Below, piece after piece: positions 60,116 through 64,000 of a stretch of DNA of 64,000 bases. The notes under the pieces were generated by a model that saw only the letters and a list, made by a program, of their open reading frames with translations, was not told the DNA's origin and searched no databases. The stretch comes from Macrostomum hystrix. Lineage: Eukaryota > Animalia > Platyhelminthes. The stretch spans positions 16,802,001 through 16,866,000 of the forward strand of contig CATNEN010000039.1 in the NCBI GenBank assembly GCA_950097015.1, written 5' to 3'. The first letter of the stretch is position 1. Every line of letters begins with the position of its first letter. A program made the position numbers and the translations under genes.

Positions 60116-60807
60116 TTTGTTTCCCTTAGCTAGACACTTGACTCTGCATTGCTTCAGTTCACCCAGCTGTTAAATAAGTACCAGCATTTGCTGGGTTAAT
60201 TTGGTGTTGGGTGTGACTTCACCCACAGATGTGCCTTCAGATAGTTAAGGCTGTGCTTTCGGCCACACATCTGGCAGATAGTGTCGATAAAGAAACTCTT
60301 AATATAGGTGTCCAGCGCTTTAAAATAAAATACACCTAAACACTGTTCAGTGACAATAAAGCCTTAAATACTGTGCCCAAAAGTCACACAAGCCGTGCCA
60401 ATACTATAGACGTCAACAAAGTGTTCCTATAAGAAGATTAAGACAACCTTTCATTGTTCATTGTGCAATAATCTTTCTGGTCCAATCTCTCTCTTTGCAG
60501 AGAGACAGCCGTGCCAGATGGCACCAACTGCTTTTAAGCGAACATAGAGATCTGAGTTCTCCCAATGAGGATAGACTCAAATGTTTTTGCAGCGCGTGAC
60601 TGTGAGTCCAGTGCTCACAACTTAAATATTTTTTTGAATTCGGATTGACAATAGTAAAAAATGACGCGATTCTTTCGCAATTACTTTCTGGTACTGAAAC
60701 CTTGTCCTAATTTAAGCAGGAAACCACTGAAAATATTGACCTAAGTTCAGTTCATCCAATCTCTCAGCAATCTCTATCCAATCTCACTCAAATCTCTCCC
60801 CAATCTC

Positions 60808-62430
60808 AACAACAACAACAACAAAGGACACAAGCCCCAAAAGTCAGGGAGGCAGCGTCAGATGGCGCGCCGCAGAGCCATTGTGCGAACAAAGTCCGCC
60901 CAGTTGGCAGTGACTGGCGCCCCGGCGTCGCTCAGCAAGCAGTCGACGTAGCGGAGGGTCCGAACCTGGCCGCGCCTGTACGGGCAAGGTGAGCAGCAGG
61001 ACGTCCTGGACAGGCTTGCGGCAGTAATTTTCAGCCCGAATCACACGGCCCGCTAGTCGAAGTCTCCGCTGACGCAGGATGATGGACGGGCGTTGCAGCT
61101 GGGCTCTCTCGTACAGAGCCTGGGACCCGATAATCTCGTGAGCTTGGAAGGCCCGCGCAGCAGCTACGAGTGCGCCGAGTCCAGCTGTCGCTCCAGCGTA
61201 GCCGTCAGCGTCCACGACTCGGCGTTGTACAGCAGGACGGTCTCGACCACCCGCAGCCAAAGCGAGCCCTCAAATAGTCAGGCAGCGCTTTGGATTGGAG
61301 GACGGCACGAATCGACCGGCAGACCGCCCCATGCGAGTCCTCTGCGCCGCCGGATGTCCTCCTCAACGTGGGGCACCAGGCCGCCGAGCTAAGTAAACTG
61401 CCGACAGCGTGCGAGCGAGATGATCTGCCCGACTGCGCTGCGGCATGTCAGGACCGCTTGAATGTCTGCCGGTAAGGTCAGCACCTCGGTCATTAGCGGG
61501 TTGATCAGTAGGCCGATAGTTGATGCCATGCACCTGGGCCAGCCTGTCAATCTGGCGCTGGGTGCCTTCAACAGACGAGGACAAAAGGGCGAGGTCGTCG
61601 GCGTAGCCCAGCACGCTGAGACGCTTCTCATCATGGCGGCGACCAATGCGTCGACGCAGCAGGAAGCCGTCTTCGGCTGAGGGCAGCGCTGTCCGAAGCA
61701 CCCAGTCCAGGAGAAGCACGAAGAGGAACGGGGCCAGCGTGTCGCCCTGCAGCACTCCTGACGAGGTAGTAAACAGGTCGGACAGGCTGTCCGCCGTTAC
61801 AGCAGCATCGCGCGTGTCGCAATACAGCGGCATGACCGCTGCACCTAGCTGCTCTGGCACCCTGTAGCCTCGAAGGATGAATGGGAGCGCGGCTCTCGAC
61901 ACCGAGTCAAACGCCATGCGAAAGACGACAAAGAGGGGGTGGGTGGCAGAGCGGTTATCGCGTTTGCCTCTCGCACCAAGGTCCCTAAGTTCGATTCCAC
62001 GGCGAGGCCACATTTATTTGGGGCGCAGCCGCGGAGAGAAGGCTTGGGGGCTTGTCGTGCAATTTTTGCCCTTGAGGGCCAACCTCCAAGGCACAGTGAA
62101 ATGTACACTGCCTGACGATGAGAAAGTCAGGGCAGATGTACACACCTGTGTGAGCGTGTGCCTGCGTACAGTATCTGAGTGCGTGTGCTCAGGAGTCAGC
62201 GAAATGGGCAGAATTGCCTCCTCGCTGGCTGCGGGTCTAGTGTCACTAAATGATGTGCCACTGCCCGCAGCCCTCCTGCAATTATTATTATTATTAAGAC
62301 GACAAAGACGATGATCAGTATTGACTAGCGGATGCGCGTCTTCTCGATGACGATCCAGTGCGAGGATATGGGTCACCGTACCACGTTGCGGCCGGAACCC
62401 GTTCTGCTCATAACGGGGTACGGGTTCAGC
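60808..62430 (-). mobile_element. Decayed, 5'-truncated non-LTR retrotransposon (RT fragment, possibly RTE-like)
   Basis: QNGFRPQRG, AFDSVSR, GVLQGDTLAPFLF, LGYADDLALL; frameshifts; (GTT)n tail at ~60808-60823. Confidence 0.85.
61935..62295 (+). mobile_element. Complete SINE family A copy (361 bp) inside the LINE RT; 13-bp TSD AAGACGACAAAGA
   Basis: A-box GTGGCAGAGCGG, B-box GTTCGATTCC, (ATT)5 tail; TSD at 61922-61934 and 62296-62308. Confidence 0.9.
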
Positions 62431-63394
62431 ACCGACTGCAAGACACAAAAACCTGTTCCTTCGACACACTACTTCATAGTAGTACTTCATAGTAGTAATG
62501 TTTGAAAAATAATAAATTGCTAGTAGATGTTTATAATTACGAGTATATGCAATAACACAGTTTTAAATTAATTGCTCAGCAAGCGCTAACAAAAGTGCAA
62601 ACGCAAATTTGCTACCAAAACCAGCCCCCTCACACACACACACACTTAAAAACAGTCACACACTATACTCAAATGACACTGACAAATGACTGCACGCATG
62701 ACTGTGAATAATGGAATGAACCACTTGCTAAGGAAAAGCGGCGCGTCTTTACTGAAATCTACAAATATAATTGTCAAGCAAGAAGTTATAAAATTTGTTC
62801 TACTGCATTCGTTAGGACCCTGGAATTCGGCTTCTTGCAAGCTTTCTTGCTTGTCGATTGAAACTGAGAGAGAAGCAGACATAAGGTCCAATTCACACAC
62901 AGGCAGGCAAGGGCAAACCATTTGATTTCATTCCACGCCTTCTCTCTCAACCTTACCTAGCCCGAAACGACCACCCACCCCATGCCGCTTAGCCGCTACA
63001 CTAAAACTCCTGTCCAAGCATGGGCCAATAGGAATTCGTTCGCTATCACGTGTCCTATCTAACCCTCACGCACAGTCTGACCGACCACCTCCCTGTCAGT
63101 CCTCCCAGCCCCAAGGTCCTTAGACTAAAGCTTTATAGTCGGAATAGAGAAGCTTTGGAGGAAAGAGAAGTTAACAAATTTTTCATCTGTGAAATAATAA
63201 CCGGGATTGTTTTATTTTGTCAATCGGTTTCATTCGACTAAACTACTCACGTAAGACTTGTATTTTTCTGCTGGCTGTTTTGCTAGCTTTCTTTTTTATG
63301 TGTAAATTATTGCCGACTAAGTAACCTGCTTTGAGCAATCCGCTTTGCTTTTTTGCAACTGTAAATATATTTATATTTGGCTAAAAGGAAGGAA

Positions 63395-64000
63395 GACAGG
63401 ACAGGGGTGAGGAAGAGGGAGAGGACAGGGGTGAGGAAGAGGGAGAGGACAGGGGTGAGGAAGAGGGAGAGGACAGGGGTGAGGAAGAGGGAGAGGACAG
63501 GGGTGAGGAAGAGGGAGAGGACAGGGGTGAGGAAGAGGGAGAGGACAGGGGTGAGGAAGAGGGAGAGGACAGGGGTGAGGAAGAGGGAGAGGACAGGGGA
63601 GAGGAAGAGGGAGAGGACAGGGGTGAGGAAGAGGGAGAGGACAGGGGCGAACAAGAGGGAGAGGACAGGGGCGAACAAGAGGGAGAGGACAGGACAGGGA
63701 GGAGGAAGAGGGAGAGGACAGGACAGGGAGGAGGAAGAGGGAGAGGACAGGACAGGGAGATGGAAGAGGGAGAGGACAGGACAGGGAGGAGGAAGAGGGA
63801 GAGGACAGGACAGGGAGGAGGAAGAGGGAGAGGACAGGACAGGGAGATGGAAGAGGGAGAGGACAGGACAGGGAGGAGGAAGAGGGAGAGGACAGGACAG
63901 GGAGGTGGAAGAGGGAGAGGACAGGACAGGGAGGAGGAAGAGGGAGAGGACAGGACAGGGAGCAAGAGGGAGAGGACAGGACAGGGAGGAGGAAGAGGGA
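63395..64000. repeat. Purine-rich minisatellite, 24-bp unit switching to 29-bp unit; runs off the window end
   Basis: gaggaagagggagaggacagg(acagg)ggt tandem copies. Confidence 0.93.

Overview
Eukaryotic (animal) genomic DNA. The CAG/polyQ tracts, extreme minisatellite density and a USP gene are consistent with a free-living flatworm such as Macrostomum; this is inference, not verified. Eight host genes can be reconstructed: a DNAJB6-like co-chaperone (+), a two-RRM Sex-lethal/ELAV-like protein (-), ORC2 (-), a universal stress protein (+), an NCLX/SLC8B1-like exchanger (+), ATG10 (+), ARMC7 (+, single coding exon) and a DEG/ENaC channel (-). About 40% of the window (rough hand sum, 26-27 kb) is over 20 different minisatellite arrays with 12-40 bp units, mostly in introns or abutting coding exons. 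Mobile elements: a complete, young Ty3/Gypsy (Mag-like) LTR element with an ATCAA TSD; a head-to-tail array of short non-autonomous Helitrons; two tRNA-derived SINE families; a decayed LINE; a solo LTR; and several MITEs. The standout observation is a 5.1-kb non-autonomous Helitron (33106-38192). It carries two internally diverged minisatellite arrays and has inserted into the TATA-like motif of the Gypsy 5' LTR, whose two halves otherwise match the 3' LTR. This points to rolling-circle transport of satellite DNA.
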